Assembly (NCBI GenBank): GCA_016839515.1
Contig: JAEOUE010000207.1
Span: forward strand, 1-64,000
Reading direction: 5' to 3'
Length of the DNA stretch: 64,000 nucleotides
Source of the DNA: Candidatus Hodarchaeum mangrovi
GTDB taxonomy: Archaea; Asgardarchaeota; Heimdallarchaeia; Hodarchaeales; Hodarchaeaceae
A program made the position numbers and the translations under genes. Under the pieces are notes generated by a model. That model ran no database searches, was not told the DNA's origin, and saw nothing but the letters and a program-made list of their open reading frames with translations. Numbering within the stretch: the stretch's first letter is position 1; every line of letters starts with the position of its first letter. Of this stretch, positions 30,038 through 42,327 are shown in pieces.

Positions 30038-30868
30038 TCAAGTAATTTCTATATCAGGAAAGTCACGGGTTAATGACTCAAAAACTTCATTCTCCAATGG
30101 AACTGGAATACCTTTTGAAGAAAATGCATATAAGATATTTTCGATATCTCTTTGAAGGAATTCTAAAGCCCTTGGATGTGATGTTAGAACACTTTGACTC
30201 ATATCAATAAAATAAGGTTTATCATGATGAATGATAATATTATAGGCAGAAAGGTCAGCATGGATAAGATTAGCGTTCAATACAAGCCTTTCCATTTGTA
30301 CGAGTATTAATTCTAACATCTCTTTTGTAAATGCCTTGGGATAATCTTTCAATAGGGGTGAGGGAGTTCCATCCTCTCCCAAAAGTTCCATGAGGAGCAT
30401 ATTATTTCTTACCAGGATTGGTTTTGGTACATTAATATTAGCTTGAACACATCTTAAAAGATTCTTATATTCTTTATCAGCCCAAAGATTGATAATTTTT
30501 CTAATATTTTTACTCTTTTTATGAAATCTAACATCTCCAGAAACATAGTCAATAATTCTCTTAAAATTCAGTGTACTAGTTCTAAAGATTTTAATTACAA
30601 TTGGTGAGGATACTCCAGATTCTTTTACCATTTCAGTGCCTTTTGAACCTAATAACGCTAAAAAAACTCCAGACTCTTTTCCAGAAGCTATAGTACCAGT
30701 TATTTGATCGATTATACGCAATGATTGAAGTTTTTTAATCTGTTTTGCTGTATTTAAATCAATGACAGCACTCACAGTTTCATAATCTTCTTTTTTTTTT
30801 CTCTTCTTTCTCCATCGATCTTCTTTATCTTCTAATTTTTCCCATATTCTTTTGTCGTTTATTTTCAT
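30038..30868 (-). CDS. rio1: RIO1 Ser/Thr kinase
   Basis: IASGKESGVF, IKIFRT, LIHADLSAYNII, IDMSQSV. Confidence 0.93.
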   Translation of the reverse strand: MKINDKRIWEKLEDKEDRWRKKRKKKEDYETVSAVIDLNTAKQIKKLQSLRIIDQITGTIASGKESGVFLALLGSKGTEMVKESGVSSPIVIKIFRTSTLNFKRIIDYVSGDVRFHKKSKNIRKIINLWADKEYKNLLRCVQANINVPKPILVRNNMLLMELLGEDGTPSPLLKDYPKAFTKEMLELILVQMERLVLNANLIHADLSAYNIIIHHDKPYFIDMSQSVLTSHPRALEFLQRDIENILYAFSSKGIPVPLENEVFESLTRDFPDIEIT

Positions 30869-31478
30869 CTCGATGGGACACCGGTTTATAAATGATAGGT
30901 TTGCCATAATTTCTAGAGGTAATTCTAGGTTGAATTAATCCACAATTTGGGCATTCTAATAAATCTTGCCTTTTATATTCTATTTCTTGACCACAATGAT
31001 TACAAAATGCTATTATAACACCTAAACCAGATCCTACTAGACCAACAGATAATGGAGTTGATGTTCGAATAATTTTTACTGCTAGCCAATCACCTGGTCT
31101 AGCAACTTCATACATATTCCTAACATAATGTTTTGACGCCTCAGAAACATGAAGAATCGCATTTACAGGTAGAGGTATATTTATATTGTTAACATAATGC
31201 AAGTTAAGGGAAGCAACTTGCTTTTTAACAAATTCTACACGACCAATCCCAATATCTCCTACATTTATTTGTAAGTACCTTTTCTTAGGTACAATGGAAA
31301 TTTTATGTTTCTTACGATCCGTAACAATATTCCCGAGTAGAGATGAAAAAATTTCTCCTTCTTCTTCAAAACAAGTTTCATCAGGTAAAAATTCTTCTAT
31401 AATTGCAATTTTTTCCCCTGGTACAACTATTTCATTATGACTTTGATAATCATCTTTTTTACTCATTTCCTTTCCCAA
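30825..31478 (-). CDS. csl4: Exosome RNA-binding subunit Csl4
   Basis: VVPGEKIAIIEEFLP, S1 domain, LGVIIAFCNHCG..CPNCG. Confidence 0.9.
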   Translation of the reverse strand: MGKEMSKKDDYQSHNEIVVPGEKIAIIEEFLPDETCFEEEGEIFSSLLGNIVTDRKKHKISIVPKKRYLQINVGDIGIGRVEFVKKQVASLNLHYVNNINIPLPVNAILHVSEASKHYVRNMYEVARPGDWLAVKIIRTSTPLSVGLVGSGLGVIIAFCNHCGQEIEYKRQDLLECPNCGLIQPRITSRNYGKPIIYKPVSHRDENKRQKNMGKIRR

Positions 31479-31604
31479 ATAGCCATTCTAAAGGTTCATT
31501 ATTAACTCTAACCACTATGATCAATAGATAAAAATTTGATTTAATTTCATAATGGAATGCAGTATTAAGTCTATCTAAAATTGTTTTGATTAAAATAATT
31601 AAAA

Positions 31605-32300
31605 TCATACATTTGTCTTTAAAATCCTGAATATATCAATTCTAACGATATGTTTCTCTTTATGGTGAAATATCATACTTGGAAGTAAAGAGAATTCAAC
31701 AGTTGACACAATCGACACATCCATATTGTTATTCCCTCCCATCTGAAAAATTCTCTTTCTAGTTCTAAAATTTGATTTATGAATTGAAATTATTGTACTA
31801 GCAAATGTCATTGCTTTTATTAAGAATATAAAATCTATTTTTCTTCTTTTTGTCCCGAATGGAGGATTCATAATACATGTTTGGAATTTTTTACCCCAAT
31901 TAAATGCTTCTAAGAATTCAATTGATGTGACCAATGAGTCAACTTCGAGTTTTTCTTTATGTGCAACTTGTAACATATGTTTAACACTTATTTCGTCAAT
32001 ATCTACACCTAAGACTTTTTTTGTTATATATTTCCTTAAAGGAAGGGTAAATCTTCCAGTTCCACATCCTAAATCTACAATTGATTTATTCTCTAAATAT
32101 TTCCATTGAGAAATAAATATAAAAGCGATAAGATCACTTGGAAGACTATATTGCTCCAGAATTACTTTTGGGTATTGAAATTCTTGAATAGTTGATATAA
32201 AATTAGATATCTGTTCAAGTTTCCTTTGCTTTTCTACGGTCCATCTTAATTCTTGCGAAGATAGAATTTTAAAATTTTTATTAACCAAGTTCAACTCCAC
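31605..32300 (-). CDS. METTL5-family RNA methyltransferase
   Basis: LEQY, VDLGCGTG, IMNPPFG. Confidence 0.88.
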   Translation of the reverse strand: MELNLVNKNFKILSSQELRWTVEKQRKLEQISNFISTIQEFQYPKVILEQYSLPSDLIAFIFISQWKYLENKSIVDLGCGTGRFTLPLRKYITKKVLGVDIDEISVKHMLQVAHKEKLEVDSLVTSIEFLEAFNWGKKFQTCIMNPPFGTKRRKIDFIFLIKAMTFASTIISIHKSNFRTRKRIFQMGGNNNMDVSIVSTVEFSLLPSMIFHHKEKHIVRIDIFRILKTNV

Positions 32301-32355
32301 TTATCTATCCTCACGTATGAGTTGAAAATCCTAAATGCAAAAAGGATTAAGAAAA

Positions 32356-32799
32356 TTAACGCATTTTCTTCTCTCTTTTTCCAGAGAGCATTGCATCGAG
32401 ACTAACTCCATTGATGTGAACAACACGATATCTAACACCAGGAAGGTCTCCAATGGCTCCACCTTTAGCCCCTCCAATGCCTTCAATAGAAACTTCATCA
32501 TGTTCATCAATATATAGCAGACCTCCATCGCCAGGTATGAATGCTGTAACCTGTTTCCCATTTTTAATTAATTGAACACGAATGCATTTCCTGATTGCGG
32601 AGTTAGGTTGTTTTGATTCAATACCTACTTTTTCAATCACAATACCCCTTGCTTGAGGGGCTCCCTCGAGGGGGTCATATTTTTCTTTAAGACGAAGAAT
32701 TTTTCGTTTATATGCAGTACTCTTCCAACGGAATTTCTTTCTTTTGCGAACTAACTTACTTGCAGCAAATTCTCCTCGGGGGGATTTAAGTCCTGTCAT
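32356..32799 (-). CDS. rps12: 30S ribosomal protein S12 (uS12)
   Basis: [20 protein letters not shown]. Confidence 0.98.
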   Translation of the reverse strand: MTGLKSPRGEFAASKLVRKRKKFRWKSTAYKRKILRLKEKYDPLEGAPQARGIVIEKVGIESKQPNSAIRKCIRVQLIKNGKQVTAFIPGDGGLLYIDEHDEVSIEGIGGAKGGAIGDLPGVRYRVVHINGVSLDAMLSGKREKKMR

Positions 32800-32940
32800 T
32801 TTTATGCACCTACATCTATATTTCGACTAATTATTAATTTTACAATAAATTCTATTAGTAATTTTAGGAACTAACATTAATTACTATTTTTTACTTGAGT
32901 TTTATGAAGGATTGTATTTTTTATATAACTGGGCAGTTTA

Positions 32941-33396
32941 TCATGTTGCCTCGCGAAGCTCTACATGATCAATTCCAAAATGCCTTTTCAGGAGTAATCG
33001 AGAACGGTGAATATTTCTACCGTTTTTTCCAATAGCTTTTCCCTTTTCCTTAGAAACAACAGTTACAACGACAACTTTTTCACCAGCTCTCTTTAAAATT
33101 TCTACACTTTTAGTTTTGGCTGGTGCTAAAGTGTTTGAAACAAAATCTTCAAGTTTATTAGAATATTCTACAATATCAATTTGTTTTTGGAAATATTCTC
33201 TTAAACGTCTTATTGTGGTACCTCCGCGTCCTATTACTTTTCCAGTGTCGTGTCTTTTCACTACGAAAATCACACGACTCCCTTCTTTATCCCAAATACA
33301 ATCTACAGCTAAAGCTCCAGTGAAACCTTCAAGTTTAGATATAAATTGAAGCTCTTCTTGGGACATTCGAATATTTGACACTAGTAAACATCCCAA
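32941..33396 (-). CDS. nusA: Archaeal NusA
   Basis: Two KH motifs GKVIGRGG and GKAIGKNG. Confidence 0.93.
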   Translation of the reverse strand: MGCLLVSNIRMSQEELQFISKLEGFTGALAVDCIWDKEGSRVIFVVKRHDTGKVIGRGGTTIRRLREYFQKQIDIVEYSNKLEDFVSNTLAPAKTKSVEILKRAGEKVVVVTVVSKEKGKAIGKNGRNIHRSRLLLKRHFGIDHVELREAT

Positions 33397-34900
<1,504 letters not shown>

Positions 34901-34903
34901 CTA

Positions 34904-37591
34904 TTACTTCTCCTCTGAGGATAAAACTTCCTCAATAATAGCATCAATATCAACAGGTCTTCCATGGTAAGATTTCATAGGATCTACTCCATCTTCCCCA
35001 TATTTTAGTTGAACAACATCTCCCTCCGTTGTTCGAACGATTATATCGTAATTTACATGGAGGTCTTGTAAAGCATTTACTAACCTTCTTTGCAGATATC
35101 CACTTGTTGAAGTTCGAACTGCTGTGTCTACTAATCCTTCGCGACCTCCCTGAGCATGGAAGAAGAATTCGGTAGGAGAAAGGCCGGAACGATAATTTGA
35201 ACGGACAAATCCACGAGCAATAGGTCCAATATCATTCTTTTCAAAGTGTGGTAACGCTCTTTTACGGTATCCTCTCAAAATTCTTTCTCCACGAATAGAT
35301 TGCTGTCCAACACATGCAGCCATCTGAGCGATATTTAATTGAGTACCTTTAGCTCCAGTTGATGCCATAACAACAGCTGTATTCGATATTCCCATGTAAT
35401 CATTGGCTATACTTCCGGCACCATCTCTTGCTTTTGCTAGGACACTCATAATTCGCATTTCTAGCGTTTCTTCAAGTGATTTACCTGGGAGAGGTTCTAA
35501 TTCTCCTTTACGATATGATCCAATCATTTCATGAGCAGAATTCTCTTTTTCTTCAATTAGGGCACGTATTCTCCGCTTTCCTTCTTCGGGAATATTTACA
35601 TTTGAGTACCCTAAGCTAAATCCTTCGTGAGACAAGAATTCTAGTAGCATTTGAGTAAGGGAATCTAAGAATTCACGTGCACGATCGCTTCCATGATCTT
35701 TAACTACAACATGTAATACACTTTCTGATTCATCTGCTCCAATAGCTCGTCGATCAATAACCCCAGATAATAATTGTCCACCTCTGATATACACATAACT
35801 ATCAAACTCGCAAAGTTCTCCCTTACAAACATCATGCTTACGACATGTTCTAGATTTTGAGGTTACATTGACATCTGGTGGTAACAATAAACTAAAAACT
35901 TGTTTTCCAGTCCAAAGTTCTTTAGGATGTTGTACCGCAGGTAAAGGAAGTTCTCTTTCATAATTTCCCGCTAATAGAAGCTGCCATACATCCTCTTTAG
36001 TAATTAATGTTTTCTTACGTGTTAAAAGAAATGCTGCTGAGACATAATCATGTAAAGCACCAATTATAGGGCCACCATACCTAGGAGAAAGAATTTGTTC
36101 CTGAACTCTCATTAAAACTCTAGTTTCTGCCCGTGCTTCTTCACTCTGAGGGACATGAAGATTCATCTCATCTCCATCAAAATCAGCGTTATAGGGGGTA
36201 CATACACATAGATGAAGTCTAAAGGTTTTATAGGGCATAACTCGTACTTCATGAGCCATTATTGACATTCGATGTAATGAAGGTTGTCGATTAAATAACA
36301 CCATATCTCCATCCCTTAAATGTCGTTCAACAATAAATCCTTGATCAATCATTTCAGCGGTATTATTAAGATCACCAACAAATCTGAGATCTATTCTTTT
36401 TCCATCTGGTCTAATGATATAATTTGAACCTGTTTTAGATACCCCAGTTTTTTCATCAATCTCAGGATTTGGACCATTCATAACTAACTCTTTCATCTCT
36501 TCAATATTCCATTCTGTTACTCTCTCTGGAACAGTAAGGATCTTAGCTATTTGTTCAGGCACACCAACTTCATTGATAGAGATATTAGGATCTGGAGAGA
36601 CAACTGTTCGTGCTGAAAAATCTACACGTTTACCTGATAGATTTCCTCTGAAACGCCCTTCTTTTCCACGAAGGCGTTGTGTAAGAGTTCTCAATGCTCT
36701 TCCCGACCGATGTCTGGCAGGGGGAATGCCTGCTACCTCATTATCCATGAAAGTAGTGACATGATATTGTAAAAGTTCCCATAGATCTTCTACTATTAAT
36801 TGTGGAGCTCCTGCTTCAATATTTTCTCTCAGTCTTTGATTTATGCGAATAATATCTACTAATTTATGAGTGAGATCGTCTTCACTTCTCACACCAGATT
36901 CTAAAGTAATTGATGCACGTACTGATACAGGAGGAACTGGAAGGACAGAAAGTATCATCCATTCAGGTCGAGAATGCTGTGCATCTATACCAAGAAGATA
37001 AAGATCTTGGGTTACAATTCCTTCAAACCTTTTTTGAATTTCTGTGGGGGTAATTCTTACCGAGCCTTCGGGTGTCTCCTCATAAAAGCTTGTTGGTTTC
37101 TCATACTTGATTTTATACTGAGTTTGCTCACAATGTGGACACTCTGACCTTTTTCTAGCCTCTTTAACAACATCTTTATATAAATCAGAGACAAGCTTTA
37201 GGTCTTCTTCTTGTTCTGCTTTTTCAATCGCGTGATGGTATCTTCTGATTGTTAGAGGATCAAGAAGAATTCTTGAACACGCACGACAAGAGGTTCGAAG
37301 AAGCTTATAGATAATTGACTTTGCATAACCGACATGGATTACAGGTCTGGCAAGCTCAATCATGCCAAAATGTCCAGGACATTCTCCCACTTGATTTCCA
37401 CAGGTTTTACAACGTTGACCAGGCTCAATTGTACCTAATCTACGATCTATTAATCCACCCTCAATAGGGGTTCCATCTTCGTTATAGGTATCAGCAGTTA
37501 TAATTTTAGTAACAGCCATTTTCCGAATTTCGTCTGGTGAAAGAATTCCAAATTGAATTTGATTAATTTTTTTCAGCTCTGGTGTCCACAT
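34904..37591 (-). CDS. rpoA1: RNA polymerase subunit A' (Rpo1N)
   Basis: YNADFDGDEMN catalytic motif. Confidence 0.99.
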   Translation of the reverse strand: MWTPELKKINQIQFGILSPDEIRKMAVTKIITADTYNEDGTPIEGGLIDRRLGTIEPGQRCKTCGNQVGECPGHFGMIELARPVIHVGYAKSIIYKLLRTSCRACSRILLDPLTIRRYHHAIEKAEQEEDLKLVSDLYKDVVKEARKRSECPHCEQTQYKIKYEKPTSFYEETPEGSVRITPTEIQKRFEGIVTQDLYLLGIDAQHSRPEWMILSVLPVPPVSVRASITLESGVRSEDDLTHKLVDIIRINQRLRENIEAGAPQLIVEDLWELLQYHVTTFMDNEVAGIPPARHRSGRALRTLTQRLRGKEGRFRGNLSGKRVDFSARTVVSPDPNISINEVGVPEQIAKILTVPERVTEWNIEEMKELVMNGPNPEIDEKTGVSKTGSNYIIRPDGKRIDLRFVGDLNNTAEMIDQGFIVERHLRDGDMVLFNRQPSLHRMSIMAHEVRVMPYKTFRLHLCVCTPYNADFDGDEMNLHVPQSEEARAETRVLMRVQEQILSPRYGGPIIGALHDYVSAAFLLTRKKTLITKEDVWQLLLAGNYERELPLPAVQHPKELWTGKQVFSLLLPPDVNVTSKSRTCRKHDVCKGELCEFDSYVYIRGGQLLSGVIDRRAIGADESESVLHVVVKDHGSDRAREFLDSLTQMLLEFLSHEGFSLGYSNVNIPEEGKRRIRALIEEKENSAHEMIGSYRKGELEPLPGKSLEETLEMRIMSVLAKARDGAGSIANDYMGISNTAVVMASTGAKGTQLNIAQMAACVGQQSIRGERILRGYRKRALPHFEKNDIGPIARGFVRSNYRSGLSPTEFFFHAQGGREGLVDTAVRTSTSGYLQRRLVNALQDLHVNYDIIVRTTEGDVVQLKYGEDGVDPMKSYHGRPVDIDAIIEEVLSSEEK

Positions 37592-38098
37592 AAGGTATTC
37601 TCCCAGCTATTATTACGCTTAATACAAATCAAAGTAATCTTGAAGGGTTAATGTCATTTTAAATAGAAAATTGGTCGCGAAATAAGAGAAGTGCTTAGTT
37701 AAAGCGAACCACAATTTTGCTTATGTATCTTCATACCAAATTTCTCTCAATTGAGAAATTTTGAAATACCATATTTTCAATATTTTTAAACCAAAGCATT
37801 AATTTAACCTTTAAATAGCCTTTAAACTCATTCTTGGAGATCATTTGAACTAAATATATACATGATACTAACCAGAATCGGATTGATAATATATAATGAC
37901 AGAATTTCTATAGATAGGAGTAAATTAGACTTTTTGAAGAATAGAGACTAGCTACGACACGATATAACACTTTGGTTGATATTAAAAATTCTTAAGCTAC
38001 CTTTCCATGGCTTTTATTAATTATATTGAACTGTCAAGAAGAACTAAATATTTAATCCTAAAATTCAAAGCATTCCTTTTTATATAAAGTCTCTGAGG

Positions 38099-38344
38099 TT
38101 AAAAATGTGAGATCTGGTTAATTGTAAATAAGAATAAACCGATAAATAAACAATATTTTCCCAATTTACTTCCAGTTGGAGGATAAATTATTGCACCTAA
38201 TGCAATTAAAAATGCACCAAATGGAATAGAAGTTATTATCTCAACTATTGAATTAATAATTTGGATTATTATTTCATCTAATATTTCTACCACAACCAAA
38301 TAGGCATTTTTGGAAATTTGAACCCAATAGGAAGAAGAACACAT
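38099..38344 (-). CDS. Small 2-TM protein, VirB2/CedA1-pilin-like (start probably 38293-38299)
   Basis: IIIQIINSIVEII..FLIALGAIIY..SKLGKYCLFIGLFL hairpin pattern. Confidence 0.5.
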   Translation of the reverse strand: MCSSSYWVQISKNAYLVVVEILDEIIIQIINSIVEIITSIPFGAFLIALGAIIYPPTGSKLGKYCLFIGLFLFTINQISHF

Positions 38345-38796
38345 AAAAGACAGATAATACTTTTCTTTAGACTTTTCTTACGTTTTAAATCTGCTTCTAT
38401 TAAAAATAATCCTAAATTCCCAATAAAAACTATTAATGATAAAGCAGCAAAGGTAAATAATAAGTAAGAGGTAATATACGAAGTAATTGGGACAATATCA
38501 GATAAATATTCGTTTTCTGACTGTTTATTATTCATTTGATATGTAAAAATATTCATTATCAGGATTAACACGATTAATGAACGAGCTATGATCCTTTTCC
38601 CATTTTCCTCATTATAATCAACTAAATATGTAATCGCTCCCAAAATTAAAGCAATATTTGAAGTCGCAAATGCTAGGATGATTAAAATCGGTAATATAAA
38701 CTCTAAACTTGAAATAATATAAGATGAGAAGTTTCCTAGTGTCTGTTCAATTGTAAAAGGGATATAGGGACTTAAACCACTCATTTTGATTTCCAT
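38287..38796 (-). CDS. 4-TM protein with two VirB2/TrbC-pilin-like repeats
   Basis: ALILGAITYLVDYNEENGKRIIARSLI and IVFIGNLGLFLIEADLKRKKSLKKSII. Confidence 0.55.
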   Translation of the reverse strand: MEIKMSGLSPYIPFTIEQTLGNFSSYIISSLEFILPILIILAFATSNIALILGAITYLVDYNEENGKRIIARSLIVLILIMNIFTYQMNNKQSENEYLSDIVPITSYITSYLLFTFAALSLIVFIGNLGLFLIEADLKRKKSLKKSIICLLCVLLPIGFKFPKMPIWLW

Positions 38797-38872
38797 TTAT
38801 ACAAATTCATGCGATTTAATCTACCTGCTACTATCTAAATTTAATCACCTAAATTTTAGAAGGAGGTAATCA

Positions 38873-40228
38873 TCATATAGTGATACTTTTGAGAGTAAGT
38901 GGATCATCAAACATCTGTTTTAAAAAGTTAATAGTAAAAATGTCAGAAGAATTACACTCTTGTGCAAAAAAAGAGTTAATTACTTCATCTTCAATCACAT
39001 TTACTTGTCCTTTGTTATTTAATTCTGCAATCTTTAATACAAATCTTCTTTTTTTGTTTTTATTCCAAGTTACAGCTAGTTCAACAAAAACATGAGGGAT
39101 TGAAGTTTTAAGAAGACTTAAAGGTATATGATATATGTCATTAAGCCGAATAAACAAGAGCTGAGAATTGGAACCATGAATTGTTTGAATAGAAGGTATT
39201 CCTACTGAAAGAATATTTAAAAAGGCATTATAATGATCTTCCGTAGATAACTCGCCTAGATTGATAAAGTCTGGACTTCGGTGCAAGATTTTTTGGATTT
39301 CAAGCGATTTTGTGATCAATTGAGTAGAATAAGGATCATAACCTAATCTGAATTTAATTGTTTTTCCAATACGGGTGCTAGATGCCTCTAAAACATCTTC
39401 AATTGAGATGAGCCTATAATGAGAAGGAATAAATTCTATTAATGCGTTCTGAAGCGTTGTTTTCCCCGAGTTAGGAGGGCCTATGATTGTGATCGTAACA
39501 CGATTTTTTATAAAAAAAGCCAACAACAGGGCTTGATTCCTTGTTAAACTGTTATTTTCTATTAAATCTTTCAGCCTAAGGGATTTATTACGAAACTTTC
39601 TTATGTCAATATAATAATCTCCTATTATTAATGGTGGTATATCTACTGTTACTCGTGTATGGAAAAGAGACGAAATAAAATCTGCTTTCATGGTAGGATT
39701 GGCATGATTCAATGAAAAATCATTTTCTAATGCTATTCTATAAATAAAAGATTCAATTTCGCTTTTTTTTAACTTAATCGATGTGGAACATCTTCCATAC
39801 TTTGAATGATCAATATAGAGATTATTATCACTTGAATCTAAATAAATTTCATCTATTTGATTGTCTAAAAGTAAAGGAGCTAATTTTTCAAGTTGGAGAA
39901 CTTTAAAAAAAATTGGGATAAACAATTTGTAGGGTATCTTCATTTTATTTTTCAAAATTTCTTTATTTAGAATTTGGAATAAATTTCCTAATGAATAGAA
40001 TTCATTTTTTTCCTTTAAAAAAGAAATTAGATATTCTTTTAATATGGATTCGTACTCGATAAAGTTTTTGAGAGATTCAAACGTTTTTTGATCATAATCA
40101 ACAGAATATTCAATATTTTGATTTAAATTATCGAATAAAATATTAATTATATAATTGTAATTAGAATACGATTCAATTAATTGGTGTTGCTTCTTTTGTA
40201 GACTATTTAACAGGACAGAGTAAGTCAA
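38873..40228 (-). CDS. Type II/IV secretion ATPase (CpaF/TadA/VirB11/ArlI family)
   Basis: IDEIY, IDIRKF, GPPNSGKTT, ISIEDVLE, HRSPDFINLGE, QTIHG. Confidence 0.92.
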   Translation of the reverse strand: MTYSVLLNSLQKKQHQLIESYSNYNYIINILFDNLNQNIEYSVDYDQKTFESLKNFIEYESILKEYLISFLKEKNEFYSLGNLFQILNKEILKNKMKIPYKLFIPIFFKVLQLEKLAPLLLDNQIDEIYLDSSDNNLYIDHSKYGRCSTSIKLKKSEIESFIYRIALENDFSLNHANPTMKADFISSLFHTRVTVDIPPLIIGDYYIDIRKFRNKSLRLKDLIENNSLTRNQALLLAFFIKNRVTITIIGPPNSGKTTLQNALIEFIPSHYRLISIEDVLEASSTRIGKTIKFRLGYDPYSTQLITKSLEIQKILHRSPDFINLGELSTEDHYNAFLNILSVGIPSIQTIHGSNSQLLFIRLNDIYHIPLSLLKTSIPHVFVELAVTWNKNKKRRFVLKIAELNNKGQVNVIEDEVINSFFAQECNSSDIFTINFLKQMFDDPLTLKSITI

Positions 40229-40256
40229 TTTCTAAACCTTTTATGAATAGTATAAT

Positions 40257-40568
40257 TTATCGTGAATTGAGTGAATCTTTTAACATTTGGTCAAAAACTA
40301 GATCTAATTTTTTGGGTAGGTGTATATTTCTATTCAAATCATTCTTTTCAGCTATTTCGAAACAATATTTCCTCCTTACAATTCCCTCCCCATCAATATA
40401 TAGGGTTAAGACATGACCATTATTTGTATGTGAGATTGCCTTAGTGATTAATGCATGATTTGATCGAGCATAATCTAATTCACCTTTACTAAGAAAAATG
40501 GTTTCTTTCTCACCACAAAGAGGGCAACTTGTTTGAATCATTGACTTTTGAGCTTGAATAGACACCAC
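40257..40568 (-). CDS. Small putative zinc-binding protein (CxxC..H..H..ID..VR type)
   Basis: CPLC..ISHTNNGHVLTLYIDGEGIVRR. Confidence 0.65.
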   Translation of the reverse strand: MVSIQAQKSMIQTSCPLCGEKETIFLSKGELDYARSNHALITKAISHTNNGHVLTLYIDGEGIVRRKYCFEIAEKNDLNRNIHLPKKLDLVFDQMLKDSLNSR

Positions 40569-40688
40569 AACAATAACCTATCTTCTTTATAATTTCTAGA
40601 ATAAAAACTCCTAAATTTTTAAGATAAAAACAAACTAGGGAATTTATAAAGAAGAATATAGGTCTTTAAAGATTGATGAATATTACAT

Positions 40689-42212
40689 ATGAAATATTCC
40701 AAGGTCAAAATTTTAAATAAACCTTTTCCATTCATAAAATACCGCTTTTTGGGAGACTATAACTTTTTTTATGAGATGGAATTTCATAAATATTTTCAAT
40801 CACGGTTTAAACTTCATTTAAAACATCTAAGAGTAATTCAGGCTTTATTTATCCTAACAGGTTTTGGATTAATATTTATCCAAGCTTTTGTTTCGTTGAA
40901 AAATTTTTTTCTACTAATTTGTATCGAATGTGTTTTAGTCTTCTTATTCATAAAATCATTTTATTATATCATTCACATTCAATTCCAAAATTATAAGATA
41001 AACACACAAATAACAGGATTTTTTGTTCTTAACGAGCTATCAATTATTCTAGAGACAACCAAATCCTTAAAAGATGCAACTAAATTCATAATTGCGGGAA
41101 GTTATCCTCTTTATTCTCTTATCTTTGAAGAAGCCTTAATAAAGTCACATCTAGGAAATCCGTTAAAAAAAACTTTATTAGTAGAAATAAGCAAAAAATT
41201 GTCTGGAGAGGTCAGAACATATTTTTTAAACATCATTCAGACTTGGGAAAGAAGCGAAAGAATTATAGAAATATCACGAAGTAATTTAATAAATAAGATA
41301 GAAGAGCAAATAGTAAAAGAAATGGAAGAATTAAATACATGGTCCTCTCTTTCTTCTGGTCTGACTTTTTTAAGCCCCCCGGTAGTCTTATGTTTTTTAT
41401 TGTTATCTAACACATTTTCCCTTCTTTCAGGGCTTATTTTATTTTTATTCCTGATAATTTCGTCTGTTTTCATACACCCTGATAGACATGTCTCAATTTT
41501 ATCATTAAAAAACCATCTATTATATTCAGAGGATAACTTAGGGTTTGATTTCCTAATTCTTCTTTCAGAAAATCTATCAAAAGGAAATTCTTTTTACCGA
41601 AGCTTGTATAATTCTATTAATACTTATATAGAAAGTAATGTGACACTTTCCTCAAAAAAAAGACAAGAAATCCTAAAATTAAGAGTTTATACAAAAGATA
41701 TATCTGAAAAAGGGATTGAAAAATTCCAATCTATTTTTCCTAAACGAATTGTAAAACTTATATCACTCTCAGCAAAATTTTCTCTTCTTGATAGCAAAAT
41801 TGCTGGAGAAAGATTATTTTTTCTGTGTTCAGAATTACGAAAACCTATTGATCTTATAATTCAAGGGAGAATGCGGCTTAAAGCCTCAAGCTTCCAAGAA
41901 AAGGTAATTCAATTACTTTCTCTTCTAGTTCTAGGATTTATATCTGGAGCAGCTCCTTTTTTTCTTTTTATTTCTTCATTTCTAAGTAAGCAACTTCATG
42001 AAACAGAATTAATTATTCAAAATGCTTTATATGACTTTTTATTCATTGGATATGGCCTTTTCATGAGTTTTATCCCATATAACATTCAAAATCTTGAATA
42101 TTCTAAAATCTTAACAGCTATTCCAAGTAAAGTTTTATTAATGGGATTAAAATTCATTTTATTTCTTGGGATTTTTCTATTTACTCGAATCTTCTACCTA
42201 AATCTAATTTAA
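40689..42212 (+). CDS. TadB/TadC/ArlJ-like (T2SSF) membrane platform protein
   Basis: Two repeats of soluble helical domain plus TMs (LNELSIILET..SLKDA; LLSENLSKGNSFYRSL); divergent from the secretion ATPase. Confidence 0.65.
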   Translation: MKYSKVKILNKPFPFIKYRFLGDYNFFYEMEFHKYFQSRFKLHLKHLRVIQALFILTGFGLIFIQAFVSLKNFFLLICIECVLVFLFIKSFYYIIHIQFQNYKINTQITGFFVLNELSIILETTKSLKDATKFIIAGSYPLYSLIFEEALIKSHLGNPLKKTLLVEISKKLSGEVRTYFLNIIQTWERSERIIEISRSNLINKIEEQIVKEMEELNTWSSLSSGLTFLSPPVVLCFLLLSNTFSLLSGLILFLFLIISSVFIHPDRHVSILSLKNHLLYSEDNLGFDFLILLSENLSKGNSFYRSLYNSINTYIESNVTLSSKKRQEILKLRVYTKDISEKGIEKFQSIFPKRIVKLISLSAKFSLLDSKIAGERLFFLCSELRKPIDLIIQGRMRLKASSFQEKVIQLLSLLVLGFISGAAPFFLFISSFLSKQLHETELIIQNALYDFLFIGYGLFMSFIPYNIQNLEYSKILTAIPSKVLLMGLKFILFLGIFLFTRIFYLNLI

Positions 42213-42327
42213 GGAATTTTAGTAATTAATTACATATTCAACCAATCCACTTTTGATTAATCTTTGGGAGGTTTTATTGATTATAAAACATTCATAAGGT
42301 GAAAATTATTACAATGAAGTTTTCACT